Shown here piece by piece: positions 24,890 to 36,432 of a DNA stretch of 39,956 nt. The position numbers and the translations under genes are program-made. The DNA comes from Nemertoderma westbladi (Eukaryota > Animalia > Xenacoelomorpha). The stretch lies in assembly GCA_032718475.1 (NCBI GenBank), contig JAUCBJ010000791.1, positions 1 to 39,956 on the forward strand, written 5' to 3'. Below the pieces are notes generated by a model. That model was not told the origin of the DNA. It did no database searches and was given only the letters and a program-made list of their open reading frames with translations. Positions within the stretch are counted from its first letter, which is position 1; every line of letters starts with the position of its first letter.

Positions 24890-25420
24890 TTTAAATACCT
24901 GATAAAAACAGATTGAACCAAAAGTTTCTTCCAAATTAAGGTGTCTAAATCATCAATGCCTTATTTAGGTACTAACAGTTACTCCATACAAGGTAATTCG
25001 GCTATATTCCAGAGCTGCTATGGACATGCCTGGTTCGTCGGAATGGCTTGATGAAGTTGTATCTCGTGTTTTTGGTGATCTATTACAGCAAGGGAAAGTT
25101 GTTAAGTTAGCGGATGTTCTCTATACAGGAGTATGATTCCCTTCTTGTCCAACATGGAATTCATCTAGAGTTTTGGAGAGTTAAAATCGTAAGTACGAAC
25201 CCAGTTGGTGAAAAGGCAATACAGGAACTTGAATCTGAGTTACTTCGACAGGATCCCTCTTGTGGACAAGTCACCCCACTTTCATTAACAGTATGTGTAG
25301 AAATGTTGAATTCGAAGCCAAGGCTTATCTGCAAAAGAGATATTATATGGCAGAGATGAGGTTTCAGTTGAACGTTTGAATTTTAATAACCATGACCTTG
25401 CTGCTTCTCTTGATGAAGAA
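24890..25420 (+). mobile_element. Ty3/Gypsy pol remnant (RT piece joined to integrase piece)
   Basis: KYLIKTD*TKSFFQI...RAAMDMPGSSEWLDEVVSRVFGDL...KLADVLY, then NPVGEKAIQELESELLRQDP; stops and frameshifts present. Confidence 0.65.
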
Positions 25421-25704
25421 AAATCTCGTAATCATTGTAATATCGGTATAAACTACAATCAATTAACCTTTTAATAAAAATCAACTAAAGACAAGATAAC
25501 ATAGTAAAGTACATACATAATTAGTGCTTACTATAACAGCTGTTAAATTTATCAGCTGGTAAACATGACTAGCTAATAGAGTTATCATAGAGTTATCACA
25601 TTCATATTATTTTTATTTTTAACTAGACAACAAGTGTATTAAAGTTTTTAAATATTAATAAGTCAAACACAATAATTCATTCCAAGAGTTTCAATAGTTG
25701 ATAA

Positions 25705-26215
25705 CCAGATGTCTCCTTGGTTAGTACATCAGGTAATTGCATCTTTGTCGGCCCTCGAAAACCATGCAATATAATTTCTCCCGAAGTGAAGCGAGATCGA
25801 TTTTGAGTCGTTTTTCCAACGGAGCATTCGTTAAACTATGCACACCATCAACAATATTCTTGCAGTCAGACTGTAAGTATTGACCAGTTATTTCGTTTTA
25901 TCATAAATTCACTGAGAATGTAATCCATATACAGAGCAAGATCCATAGCAGCTGCTGATGCCAATGTTTCTGTGGCAAATGTTGATCTAGCAATACGACG
26001 TGTTCAATGAGATCGCCAGTTCACAACATTGATTATTTTTCCATTTTCACCTTCTAATACAATGACAGCGCCACTTTGAGAACCTCCATCTGGCAGATTA
26101 CCATGGCTGCTATCAGTGTAGACAATTGGCTTAATGAATTGTATCCATTGGGCGGTGGTAAATAAAATTTGGTGAGAAAGCCTTGGCTTTTCGCAACAAT
26201 TTATTGACCTTGATA
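25705..26215 (-). mobile_element. Ty1/Copia (GalEa-like) RNase H remnant
   Basis: IVYTDSSHGNLPDGGSQSG...RRIARSTFATETLA...QLPDVLTK on the - strand, disrupted. Confidence 0.75.
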
Positions 26216-26236
26216 ATTATCTCCACCGTACTGCCG

Positions 26237-26443
26237 TGGCAAAACACCCAAAAATTTTGTTTTGCGAAAATTTACTAAAACGCGTTTGTATTAATAAAAT
26301 TTTTTTTACTGATTACAGGTTACTGAGACTCTTGCGGGATTTTCTTTAAATGTATCAGTTTAAACATTGCGATACACTCCTTCCGGAAGAAGCAATGTCT
26401 TCACATCAAAACTGTCAAATTATTTTTGTAGGGTGTTTTGCCA
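26237..26443. mobile_element. Small MITE-like element
   Basis: Inverted ends TGGCAAAACACCC / GGGTGTTTTGCCA; no clear TSD. Confidence 0.5.
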
Positions 26444-26659
26444 TATTATACATAGTGAGATCCTATATTTCTTAACAAGAGTTAGGGTGTTTCACAAAGT
26501 AGGTAAATGAGGGGTATATTGTAATATATTAGTATAATAACGCCCTCCATAGCGATAAATAGTAACAGACAAGATTGGAGTCGAATCCGGTACCAAGGTT
26601 TCAAAGTTCCACTGTTCTACATCCGGTTGTGTTGTGTCTAAAACTTCTGAGCCTGGATG

Positions 26660-27270
26660 GATGAAGAATTTATTCGCCATGAGCGGGCATCTAATGTTGG
26701 CCTTTTATCAGTCTCTCAAAGGAAATTTTAGAGGCATCATATGTACTTCTATATCGGAATATGTTTACAACACTGTTAATCTTTATCTTACCACATACTC
26801 ACTTTTTAAATTACTTTGATTAATAGGAAGATAATCAAATGACAAACATATTCCTATCAAATTTTCAAAAGTATAATATTTGTATAAAAACAGAAAATGC
26901 TGAAAGGTACTGGCAATGTCTTTGTCATTGCGCCCAGCTTCGCCTTCCTGCCATATCACACTGTATATCATTATCGGATCGATTCTTGCCCACAGGCACA
27001 AAGGTCTCATGATAGGCAATCACTCGTGTAAGAAACTGGACACCTTTAAAGGATTCCAGAACAGGCAACATGATTTTCTGCAGGTCAGCAGATACAATTT
27101 ATGTGGATCCAACTGACCCTTTATCAGAGTCACGTTGATATAATTCCCTTGATATAGCAGCACGATGCTTATCGAGAGTGTAATCGATACACTCACTACA
27201 TCCATCGCTACATGGCTGTAAATTTCGTTTCCAAATTTAGTTAAGGAAATATTCATAGCTCGAAACACCT
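26660..27270 (-). mobile_element. DNA transposase remnant, probably Sola-like
   Basis: Frameshifted SADLQKIMLP...HETFVPVG, VIWQEGEAGRNDKDIAS and CPLM; family assigned from remembered motifs only. Confidence 0.5.
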
Positions 27271-27487
27271 CACCTTACTTACCTCACCAGCATAATCTCA
27301 AAAACGAATCTCACACTGTGCGAATGTGGACCAGAATGTACGAGCATACTACTGTACTGCTCCACCGGTCGGCAATTAAAAGGCCTCTAGGCCTACCGGT
27401 TACAGGTATCTGGCAATTACTACTTATCAAATCTAATTAATAATACAATATCGATACAGTTGTTTCAGAGAATACATTGTTCTGGTA

Positions 27488-28470
27488 ATGGCGACTGGAA
27501 AAAAGGTGAACTTCCATTGTTTAAAGTGTAACGAAAACGTAAAAAAGACCGATAAAGCTGTTCAGTGTTCTTTGTGCGACCAATGGGTTCATGCTGGGAC
27601 TAATGGGTGTAACCCTGAGCTAGATGAAAACACTTATGCTACTAACTCCTTGTGCTACAGAAGCAGTCAGGTGGGTCGATATTCTGGTGCTGTATTTCAT
27701 GCAGGAAATCGGCTGCTAAGCTTGACAAGGCAATTAAAGAGTTGGGTAGGGGACTAGATACAGTTGACGACAAAGTGGATGGAAACAGCAAACGGGTTTC
27801 GTCTGTTGAAGTCGATGTTGCCTATCTCAAGAAAAAGTTTGTAAATCTCGGGTCCACTGCTGCTACAGTTCAAGAAGATGTAAAGACCTCCGTTTATAGC
27901 GAGTTCCGCGATCGTGAAAGTCGCCGGTTGAACATTGTGATTTATGGTATGGAGGAACCTCCTCGATCAATAAAGGAGAACAAATCCCGTTACGAGTTTG
28001 ATCTGAAGTCAATAGATGAAATGTTTTCTGCCCTGCATCTCGATCATATGGGGGCCAAAATTGGCGATTCGGTCCGATTTGCTAAGCTTTTGGGCCATTA
28101 TGCCATAGACAATGTGTGGCCTCTACTAGTTGGATTTAAATATGTTGAGCTGCGTGAAACGATCCTTGTAGAGTCCTTCTAGATGTCGAAGTTGGAGAAC
28201 CCTTGGAATAGTATCTCTCTTCTACCTGACCTCACATCTCTGCAACGTAAAGAGGACTCCGACTTACGTAATGAAGTAACGAATAGGAATAATGCTAGGA
28301 AGAGTAGTAGCGATAGTGATGCGGGAAATTGGGTATTCAAGGTCGCAGGGAGGCGTGGGGAGCTACAGATGGTAAAAGTGTCGACCGGGCAGCGCGGCAG
28401 GCAACACCAGTACAACAAGAACCGATCCGACACGAACAGGGATCAGTCGACACCAACAGTGAGGGTTTAA
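27488..28470 (+). pseudogene. Disrupted CR1/L2-type LINE ORF1 (PHD finger, coiled coil, RRM-like)
   Basis: CLKC...QCSLCDQWVH...C / WCCISC, RESRRLNIVIYG and PDLTSLQR; frameshift near 27650 and in-frame TAG at 28180. Confidence 0.75.
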
Positions 28471-28522
28471 CCTTATCCGTCAATAGAAACGTTTCTAATA
28501 ATGAATCAGACACATACTTATC

Positions 28523-29048
28523 TGTTACAAACTGCCCTTAAATCCTGCTGGTTATCGCTTGGTAGTTTAGCCCGTCGTTATACTAGCTTAGGTATATTAG
28601 TGCAATACATACCGTTTATGTTACACTGCTTCCTTGTAGGAAGGTTGCCCCATGGCCCTGCTTTCTGTATCTGCCAATAGGATTTGAGTTGGTTTTGATT
28701 TTGACCTATCACAGATCTACTGAACTGATTTTCCTATCTGTATGCTCATTCTCTGTGATAGGTGAAATCATTTGTAAAATAAGGGTAGCTGGTATTCTTG
28801 TATTATTATTCTTAGTAGGCCTATTCTACCTTGTCCTTAACGTGTTTTTGCACTAGTAATCCTTGTATTAAATGATTTCTACGATTTTACTTAGAACCGA
28901 TCTGGAGATACCCTATGTACTGATGTAACTGAACTTATTTCAATATACGTAACTTGACAATAATTATATCTCCGTCTTTTCAAGATTAAATAATGAAATA
29001 ACGATCCCGACAAAACTCGAAACCACAACGCCAATTCTGTGGTTTACA
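28523..29048 (+). repeat. 5' LTR (526 bp)
   Basis: TGTTACAAACTGCCC...CTGTGGTTTACA, homologous to 36023-36432. Confidence 0.95.
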
Positions 29049-29051
29049 TTC

Positions 29052-29068
29052 TGGTTCCGATGCCGGGA
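29052..29068 (+). promoter_or_regulatory. Primer binding site, probably tRNA-Glu
   Basis: TGGTTCCGATGCCGGGA, 3 nt after the LTR; its complement TCCCGGCATCGGAACCA resembles a tRNA-Glu 3' end. Confidence 0.7.
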
Positions 29069-29167
29069 AACCTAGTCTAAAGGTTTCCACGTCACAGATT
29101 ATCCTTACCCTCGGAGTATCCACAATCCATCGCTGGACAGTGCAACTATCCGTTGCCTTCTCTCGAT

Positions 29168-32100
29168 ATGTCGGACGCGGAGTCTGACATCGTTAGTGGA
29201 GCCACGTCGGGTGGTCTCCCCGCCAAAGGGAATGGTTCGCTTCATGGTAGTCTGAGCTCTCCTCGACTCGGCGATGGAACTCTGACATCCGATGGTGAGG
29301 ATAAATCTCGACTTGAACCCTTGGAATCCCGACCCGGTTCGAGTGATACTGGTACGCGTTTCGAGGGTTTCGATACCGCGGACCTAGAGGAGGACCCTGA
29401 TATTGCGTTCTATCCAGCGGATGATTTAGAGGCTAGCCCTGCAGTTACCGACAGCCAGCGACCCATCCGGTTGAAAGACGCGAAGATTACTCGAGCCAAT
29501 ACCAAGCGGAGGCTCACTTGTTTGGCTGCCAAGCTTCATTCTCTAGTCGATTCCCGTGGCAGTCGCACCTTAATCCAGGGCTTCCTAGGGGAACTCAACG
29601 AGGACTTTGACGACTGTGTTCGATCTCACAGTAAGTGTCTTCAGTATCTGGATCCCGGAACCGATTCTAAGTCTAAAGCCATAGAGGAGGAATGGTTGGC
29701 TGCCGTCCACGAGGGTTATCGGCGCTGTCGGAGTGAAGCTGAAAGTTACCTCGCCTCCCGGAGAGGCGAACCTTCTTCAGCTGGTGGAAGTAAATCCAAG
29801 GTATCCTCCTCGCGATCCCCGGGAGGTGGTATTAACTCCTCGAAGCGGCAACTGGAAGATAAAAGATTAAAACTCCAGCAGTTCGAAAGGGATCGGGAGC
29901 TTCGCGAGAAGGAGCTAGTGCTCAACAATAGGAAGCAGCTCCGTCGCCTCCAGAACGAGGTGGAGCTGCTCGAGTTGTCTGTTCGTACCGAGGAAATAGA
30001 AAACAGGGAGGCCGGAGTTGCGAACCTCAGGGAACGGGTTCTCGCTGATTTCCTTGAGGATGAGGACTCCAACCGGGCCGGCGGGGTCCAACCGGTTCTC
30101 AATTATCCTCTCGCATCCAGGAGATCGAATCCTTTCCCAGGTCTTCCGTTATCCGATCCAGTTACACAGCTCACGGTAATTCATGTTTCAGTCAGTTCTG
30201 GTACGAGTTCTAATGAAATTACTAGTAATAATATATTACAGAGTTCGTGTCAATCGTGTCCTATTATTGATACAGTGTTTAAACCGTCTCAATGTAATTC
30301 TAGCTTAACTACTAATACTGTAAGTGATTGTAATATGAATAGAAAATCTGGTGTTATATTTAGTATCTCCAGCGGTTCATTTGTGCAGTCATTACCGGTA
30401 CCGATTATTAGTAGTGTAGAATCTGTCCCGGTTCGTGTACTCAGTAAGGATACCACCGGTAATAATTTTATAAATGTTTCAGTGCCAAACTTTGTAGCTG
30501 TAGAACACCCAACCACGGCAACTCTGCCCCGCTTTAACCAGCGAACTATTTTTCCATTTGATAGTAATTCAATAAATAAGTATAAACCTTTAAGTAACTG
30601 TAATAGCACTTGGGCTTTATCTAGCCCTGAGTTTGTACCCCGTGGATTTGCCTCGCCTGATTCTAATTTGGTTAGCGGATTGAAGGGAGTGTGTGCCCCT
30701 GTGAGTTATATGTATGGTGGTTCTACCAATGATAGTGTACATTGTGTGCCATGTACTGCGACTGGTTTGCGTCCTGAGTATGCGTCTGACCCTGTGTATC
30801 GCCCGAGCGGCCAACCCTTTGGGGGTCCTGAGAGGTGTCCGGGTCGGCCCATTGTTAACGAGCCGTCTAGTGAGCCAGTAGTCTCGGCCACATATGACCT
30901 TCCTTCGTTTTCATCTCGTCCAGTTAATAGATCCAAAGTATCTGGGCGTGTAGATGATTGGATTGACTTTCCTGACTCCGATGACAGAAGTGACGCGCTT
31001 TTTGGTGGTCATGGTCCGATAGATTTGCAGGCTCTATTTAAGGTACCAATCGATCCATTTGATGGCTCACCCATTAAATGGCCTGGTTTTATTTCATCAT
31101 TCCGTGCTTTAGTGCATGATCGAATTCCAAACGACGCAATTCGTCTCTCTATTCTTAGGAATTTATTATCCCCTGAGATTCGTAATAGTGTAGCTGCTAC
31201 TATAGATGACCCTACATTGTATTATGAAACATTGAGAGATATTCGCAGAATTTATGGTGATAAACATCTCATTGCTTCTAGCCATATTAAACAGCTTTTT
31301 TCTGTCCAAAATGTTAACTCAAGCGATTTCGAGTCATTAAAATCCTTTTCGCTTAAATTGCATGGCTCAGTATCTGCTTTAGATAAATGTGGATATAAAG
31401 ATGACCTTTATTCCGCAAATAATTTAAATGTTTTAGTTGACAAATTGCCAAACCCGCTACAACATGAGTGGAGCAAAAAGGTAGTTGCAATTCAACCTGG
31501 GCGTCCGTCTTTAAAGGATTTTGATGACTGGATTTCGTATAAAGTTAGTTGTGGTCGTGCTATAGAGTCTACACTTAAAATTAGACCCAGTTCTAATACA
31601 TCTCAGCCCCAGGTTAAACACAATAATAACCCTAGAATATTGCGTAAGAAATCTAAAGCAGTAACCCCTAAGTCATCTACATTTTCTCCAACAGTTCTAG
31701 CAACGGGGGGAGGACCCTCTAAGCAACTAGAAAGCGAAAAATGTAGTTGCTGCGAACTGTCCCACACTGTAGAAGATTGTGATAAATTTAAAAAATTATC
31801 CCTTGCTGAGCGTGCAGAACTAGTGCGTGAAAAGGGCATGTGCTTTGTGTGTTTAAAAACTCGGCACCGAGCAGCCGACTGTTCCATAAAGGAACCATGT
31901 AAAGCCCCATCTGGGTGTAAGAAAAGGCACCATACATTATTGCATGATGCTCCTCCAGTTTACGGTAACTCGAAATCCTCCCGTTTCCGCTCTAAGCATG
32001 TCGGATCGACTAGCTGCGACTCTACCCCGTCTACCGTGGCGCTACAGATTGTCCCGCTTCGTGTACGATCCTCCGCTGGCAAGGTTGTAGAAACTTTCGC

Positions 32101-35100
32101 CTTATTGGATCCTGGTAGTCAAATATCAGCTGTCGATCAAAAGTTAGCCAATGAGCTCGGCCTAAAAGGTAAAGAAACCTCGATTAAAATAGGCACAATC
32201 AACTCGGAAGGTAAACCAATAAAGTCTCTGTTAAGCTCCGTGGAGGTCTTGCCCACAGATGGTGATAGCTCGTTTGAAATATCTGACACCTGGGTATTAC
32301 CCAAACTTAATATTACACGTCAGCGATTTGATTGGCCAAAAATCAAGGGTTTTTGGACTCACTTACGCGATTTGAATTTACCGCGCATTGATTCGGATAA
32401 AGTGAGCGTTCTATTGGGTGCTGATGTATTTAATATTATTCGCCAGTTAGATTATAGGTCTGGTCCACCTGGTTCACCATCTGCTGTTCTTACTAATTTT
32501 GGTTGGGCTTGCACCTCGAATGTTCCGCTATTCCCATTGTGTGATAGTGAGCGGAGAGATATTTTACATACACATGTAGAAACTACCTCGAGTGCTCGTT
32601 CGCTGGTTAATCCAAAGTCCTCAGGTAGTTTGCATGATCTCGTAGCCGAATTCTGGAGAACAGAATCATTCGGTGTTAACCCTGGTGGTGACCTACCTCT
32701 TTCTAAGAAAGATGCCTTGGCTCTGGAGATGTTGAGAGACACCACTAGTTGCATAGATGGTCGCTATGAGACTGGCCTATTGTGGCGCTCCCCGTCTGTT
32801 TATCTCCCTGATAATTACCAGTCTGCTCTTAGGCGTTTAAAGTCCACTGAGAGACGCTTAAGTCGCGATTCCTCATTAGAAGTGCGCTATGACGAGATAT
32901 TGCGAAGCTACATTGATAAAGGATTCGCAGTTAAAGTTCCACCAGGAGAGCTAGAGGGCCCCCCTGGTCGTGTTTGGTATTTGCCCCACCACCCAGTAAT
33001 TAATCCGAATAAACCTAGTAAGATTCGAATAGTATTCGATGCCTCGGCTCGTTACCATGGTGTTTCCCTAAACGATAAACTCCTCCGTGGCCCGGATTTT
33101 CTCGCCAGTTTAGTAGGAGTCTTGTTGCGCTTTCGAGAGAAACATGTGGCGATTTCCGGAGACATTACTGCGATGTACCACCAAGTAGGAGTGCGGCGTG
33201 AAGACCAAGATTGTCTTCGCTTTCTCTGGGGTGGTGTTAAGCGTGATGGCCCGCCTGCGGTTTATAGGATGTTGAGACAGATTTTTGGTGCCATAGACTC
33301 CTCGTGCATCTGTTTTTACAATCTCCTTCGTACTGCTGAAGATAACAAATATATATTTCCAGATGTAGCCCCCAGAGTGGCTCTGTGTTTTTATGCTGAC
33401 AATTATTTCGATTCATGCAATACTGAATCTGAGGCGATTGAGCGTGTATCTCAGATGAAAGCGCTTCTCTCTTTGGGGGGATTTCATCTTGGGCAGTGGG
33501 TCTCATCATCTCGCCAAGTTCTAGGTTCTGTCCCTTCTTCTGATCTTGCAGACCCTTTGTTGAATCTTGATTTGGACGAATTACCGGTTGAGAGAGCGTT
33601 GGGTGTTCGGTGGAACTGTTCGAGTGATTGTTTTGTCTTTGAGCACAAAATTTCAGATTCTGATGCGCCCCCTAGCAGGCGGATTGTGCTTGCTAAAGTT
33701 GCCTCGCTATTTGACCCATTGGGGCTTATCTCCCCGGTTGTATTGGTTGCCAAGGTGCTCCTTCAGGATATATGGAGGCAAGTTACATCTTGGGATACCA
33801 AATTGCCTGATAATTTAGTTCTCCGTTGGCAGTCATGGCTCAAAGACTTGCCCAATATTGATCAAGTGTCGATCCCCCGTTGTTTATTTAATGATAATAC
33901 CTTTAATTCCAGCACTCAACTTCATTTATTTTCAGATGCTTCTGAACTTGGTTTTGGTGCTGTGGCCTACATTCGTACTGTGTATAGTTGTGGAGACATC
34001 AGTGTCTCGTTTACTATGTCTAAATCCCGTGTGGCGCCTGTGAAACAATTGTCCATCCCCAGACTTGAGCTTCAAGGCGCTATAACTTCCGTCCGACTGT
34101 CTGGACTTGTACAAAATGAACTAACTATTGAGTTTAATGATGTTTATTTTTGGGTGGATTCAGTAACTTGTTTGCGTTGGGTATTTTCGCAAAACTGCCG
34201 GTTTATGCCATTTGTTGCCCACCGTATTGGTGAGATATTGGATACCGCTGAGCCCCGGCAGTGGCGCTACGTACCTACTGCTGTGAACCCCGCTGATTTC
34301 TGTAGCCGTGGTATGAATGCGTCTGATTTGACACCTGATCACCCGTGGTTTTGTGGTCCCGATTTTTTGAAATTATCTGAGTCCGAGTGGCCTGATTTCC
34401 CTGTGGTTGATTTGAGACCTGATCCGGATGATTGTGAAATTAAAGTCACCTTTACTATAAGCTGTGACGTTATTTGGATATGTGAGTACATAAAACGTTT
34501 TTCTAATCTCGCACGATCTCGTATATTCCCCAATTTACAGCGGTGCATTGCCTGGATTAGCCGTTTTATATTTAATTCTCGCAATAAAGACTGCAGGTCC
34601 GGTCCTCTGTCTGTCAGTGAGCTTAACGATTCTTTAACCTTATTAATTAAAGCTGTTCAGTCGTGTGAATACCCCAATGAATTAGGAGACCTGCGCTCAG
34701 GAAAGGAGTTGTGTTCCAGTAGTTTCTTGTTATCTCTGTCCCCTTTTCTTGATGAAAATGGTCTGCTTAGAGTTGGGGGCCGTATAAAGTCCGCAGACTT
34801 ACCATATTCTACTCGTCACCCTATCATTCTTCCACACGACTCACACTTGACTAGACTGATTATCTATGATTTGCACGAGTCTATTGTCCATGAGGGTGAG
34901 GAATACACTCTAAATGTATATCAACAGCAATACTGGTCGCCCAGAGGTCGGTCCCTTGTACGTAAATTGATCAATAGGTGCACTTTCTGTAGAAAACGTA
35001 GAGCCCATCCTGAACCCCCGCTGATGGCCGCTCTCCCCCGCTCCCGTCTCTCACCCGCCACCTTTCCCTTCCTCAATGTAGGTTTGGATTTCTGTGGTCC

Positions 35101-36013
35101 GTTTCTCGTTCGGCATTTCCGAAAAACTGTGAAACGTTATTGCCTTCTAGGCACCTGTCTATTAACTCGTGCGGTTCACTTAGAAGTAACCCATTCGTTA
35201 GATACTGATTCATTTTTATTGGCCTTCCGTCGTCTGATTGCTCGCCGCGGTTCGCCCAGAATTGTCTACAGTGACAATGGTACGAACCTTGTAGCAGGTG
35301 AGAAAGAGCTCCGTGTGTGCCTTAAGGAGCTTAATCAGACAGTAATCTCTGATACTTTGTCTCAAAGAGGCATCCGTTGGGTTTTCTCCCCTCCTTCTGC
35401 ACCGCACTTCGGTGGCGTATGGGAGAGGCTAGTTAAATCCTCTAAGAAGGCCTTGAGAGCTGTACTCGGAAATCAGTGTGTAGGAGATGAACTGCTGCAT
35501 TCTGTTATAGTTGAAGTTGAACACTTGCTAAACAGCCGTCCCTTGACCCACGTCAGCGTAGATCCTGACGAACCTGAAGCTCTAACGCCGCATCATATTT
35601 TGCTTGGTAGACCAAACCCCAATCTACCTCCAGTTCTGGTTGACGATTCAGACATAAGTTCTCGTCGTCGTTGGCGCGCTACTCAGGCCTTGACTAATCA
35701 GTTCTGGTCCCGTTGGATGAGAGAGTATGTCCCGTCTCTGATTGAGAATAGGAAGTGGTTAAAGTCCCGCCGTAGCTTGTGTAAGAATGACATTGTGCTT
35801 GTCATTTTCTCTGACACACCGCGCGGTCATTGGCCCTTGGGTCGTGTTCTAGAGACCTTTCCCGGACGTGATGGAATCGTCCGGACCGTGCGTGTGCTCG
35901 TGCGTGGTAAAGAATATACCCGTCCAGCTGTGAAAGTGTGCCTGTTGGAAGAGGCAGGCGAGGTGGGCCACTTTGAAACTGAAAGTAAATGTAACTCTAC
36001 TGTCGAGAGTTAG
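29168..36013 (+). CDS. BEL/Pao Gag-Pol polyprotein
   Basis: Uninterrupted ORF (first ATG at 29168). Contains FDGSPIKWPGF gag, three Zn knuckles, LLDPGS protease, YLPHHPV/IVFDAS/YADN RT, FSDAS RNase H, and GLDFCGP/SDNGTN/WERLV integrase. Confidence 0.96.
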   Translation: MSDAESDIVSGATSGGLPAKGNGSLHGSLSSPRLGDGTLTSDGEDKSRLEPLESRPGSSDTGTRFEGFDTADLEEDPDIAFYPADDLEASPAVTDSQRPIRLKDAKITRANTKRRLTCLAAKLHSLVDSRGSRTLIQGFLGELNEDFDDCVRSHSKCLQYLDPGTDSKSKAIEEEWLAAVHEGYRRCRSEAESYLASRRGEPSSAGGSKSKVSSSRSPGGGINSSKRQLEDKRLKLQQFERDRELREKELVLNNRKQLRRLQNEVELLELSVRTEEIENREAGVANLRERVLADFLEDEDSNRAGGVQPVLNYPLASRRSNPFPGLPLSDPVTQLTVIHVSVSSGTSSNEITSNNILQSSCQSCPIIDTVFKPSQCNSSLTTNTVSDCNMNRKSGVIFSISSGSFVQSLPVPIISSVESVPVRVLSKDTTGNNFINVSVPNFVAVEHPTTATLPRFNQRTIFPFDSNSINKYKPLSNCNSTWALSSPEFVPRGFASPDSNLVSGLKGVCAPVSYMYGGSTNDSVHCVPCTATGLRPEYASDPVYRPSGQPFGGPERCPGRPIVNEPSSEPVVSATYDLPSFSSRPVNRSKVSGRVDDWIDFPDSDDRSDALFGGHGPIDLQALFKVPIDPFDGSPIKWPGFISSFRALVHDRIPNDAIRLSILRNLLSPEIRNSVAATIDDPTLYYETLRDIRRIYGDKHLIASSHIKQLFSVQNVNSSDFESLKSFSLKLHGSVSALDKCGYKDDLYSANNLNVLVDKLPNPLQHEWSKKVVAIQPGRPSLKDFDDWISYKVSCGRAIESTLKIRPSSNTSQPQVKHNNNPRILRKKSKAVTPKSSTFSPTVLATGGGPSKQLESEKCSCCELSHTVEDCDKFKKLSLAERAELVREKGMCFVCLKTRHRAADCSIKEPCKAPSGCKKRHHTLLHDAPPVYGNSKSSRFRSKHVGSTSCDSTPSTVALQIVPLRVRSSAGKVVETFALLDPGSQISAVDQKLANELGLKGKETSIKIGTINSEGKPIKSLLSSVEVLPTDGDSSFEISDTWVLPKLNITRQRFDWPKIKGFWTHLRDLNLPRIDSDKVSVLLGADVFNIIRQLDYRSGPPGSPSAVLTNFGWACTSNVPLFPLCDSERRDILHTHVETTSSARSLVNPKSSGSLHDLVAEFWRTESFGVNPGGDLPLSKKDALALEMLRDTTSCIDGRYETGLLWRSPSVYLPDNYQSALRRLKSTERRLSRDSSLEVRYDEILRSYIDKGFAVKVPPGELEGPPGRVWYLPHHPVINPNKPSKIRIVFDASARYHGVSLNDKLLRGPDFLASLVGVLLRFREKHVAISGDITAMYHQVGVRREDQDCLRFLWGGVKRDGPPAVYRMLRQIFGAIDSSCICFYNLLRTAEDNKYIFPDVAPRVALCFYADNYFDSCNTESEAIERVSQMKALLSLGGFHLGQWVSSSRQVLGSVPSSDLADPLLNLDLDELPVERALGVRWNCSSDCFVFEHKISDSDAPPSRRIVLAKVASLFDPLGLISPVVLVAKVLLQDIWRQVTSWDTKLPDNLVLRWQSWLKDLPNIDQVSIPRCLFNDNTFNSSTQLHLFSDASELGFGAVAYIRTVYSCGDISVSFTMSKSRVAPVKQLSIPRLELQGAITSVRLSGLVQNELTIEFNDVYFWVDSVTCLRWVFSQNCRFMPFVAHRIGEILDTAEPRQWRYVPTAVNPADFCSRGMNASDLTPDHPWFCGPDFLKLSESEWPDFPVVDLRPDPDDCEIKVTFTISCDVIWICEYIKRFSNLARSRIFPNLQRCIAWISRFIFNSRNKDCRSGPLSVSELNDSLTLLIKAVQSCEYPNELGDLRSGKELCSSSFLLSLSPFLDENGLLRVGGRIKSADLPYSTRHPIILPHDSHLTRLIIYDLHESIVHEGEEYTLNVYQQQYWSPRGRSLVRKLINRCTFCRKRRAHPEPPLMAALPRSRLSPATFPFLNVGLDFCGPFLVRHFRKTVKRYCLLGTCLLTRAVHLEVTHSLDTDSFLLAFRRLIARRGSPRIVYSDNGTNLVAGEKELRVCLKELNQTVISDTLSQRGIRWVFSPPSAPHFGGVWERLVKSSKKALRAVLGNQCVGDELLHSVIVEVEHLLNSRPLTHVSVDPDEPEALTPHHILLGRPNPNLPPVLVDDSDISSRRRWRATQALTNQFWSRWMREYVPSLIENRKWLKSRRSLCKNDIVLVIFSDTPRGHWPLGRVLETFPGRDGIVRTVRVLVRGKEYTRPAVKVCLLEEAGEVGHFETESKCNSTVES

Positions 36014-36022
36014 GGCCGGCGA

Positions 36023-36432
36023 TGTTACAAACTGCCCTTAAATCCTGCTGGTTATCGCTTGGTAGTTTAGCCCATCGTTATACTAGCTTAGGTATATTAG
36101 TGCAATACACACCGTTTATGTTACACTGCTTCCCTGTAGGAAGGTTGCCCCATGGCCCTGCTTTCTGTATCTATATATAGGATTTGATCATTCTTAGTAG
36201 GCCTATTCTACCTTATTCTTAACGTGTTTTGCACCAGTAATTCTTGTATTTGTTTGAACATATAAGTAGAACCGATCTGGAGATACCCTATGTACTGATG
36301 TAAAACTTATTTCAATATACGTAACTTGACATAATTATAACTACGTCTTTTCAAGATTAAATAGGCCTAATGAAATAACGATCCCGACGAAACTCGAAAC
36401 CACAACGCCAATTCCAAATTCTGTGGTTTACA
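36023..36432 (+). repeat. 3' LTR (410 bp)
   Basis: Same termini as the 5' LTR; preceded by GAGTTAGGGCCGGCGA (PPT-like). Confidence 0.95.

Larger units (their letters stand above)
28523..36432 (+). mobile_element. BEL/Pao LTR retrotransposon, full length
   Basis: TG...CA LTRs, PBS, single gag-pol ORF, and a purine-rich tract before the 3' LTR; no TSD. Confidence 0.96.
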
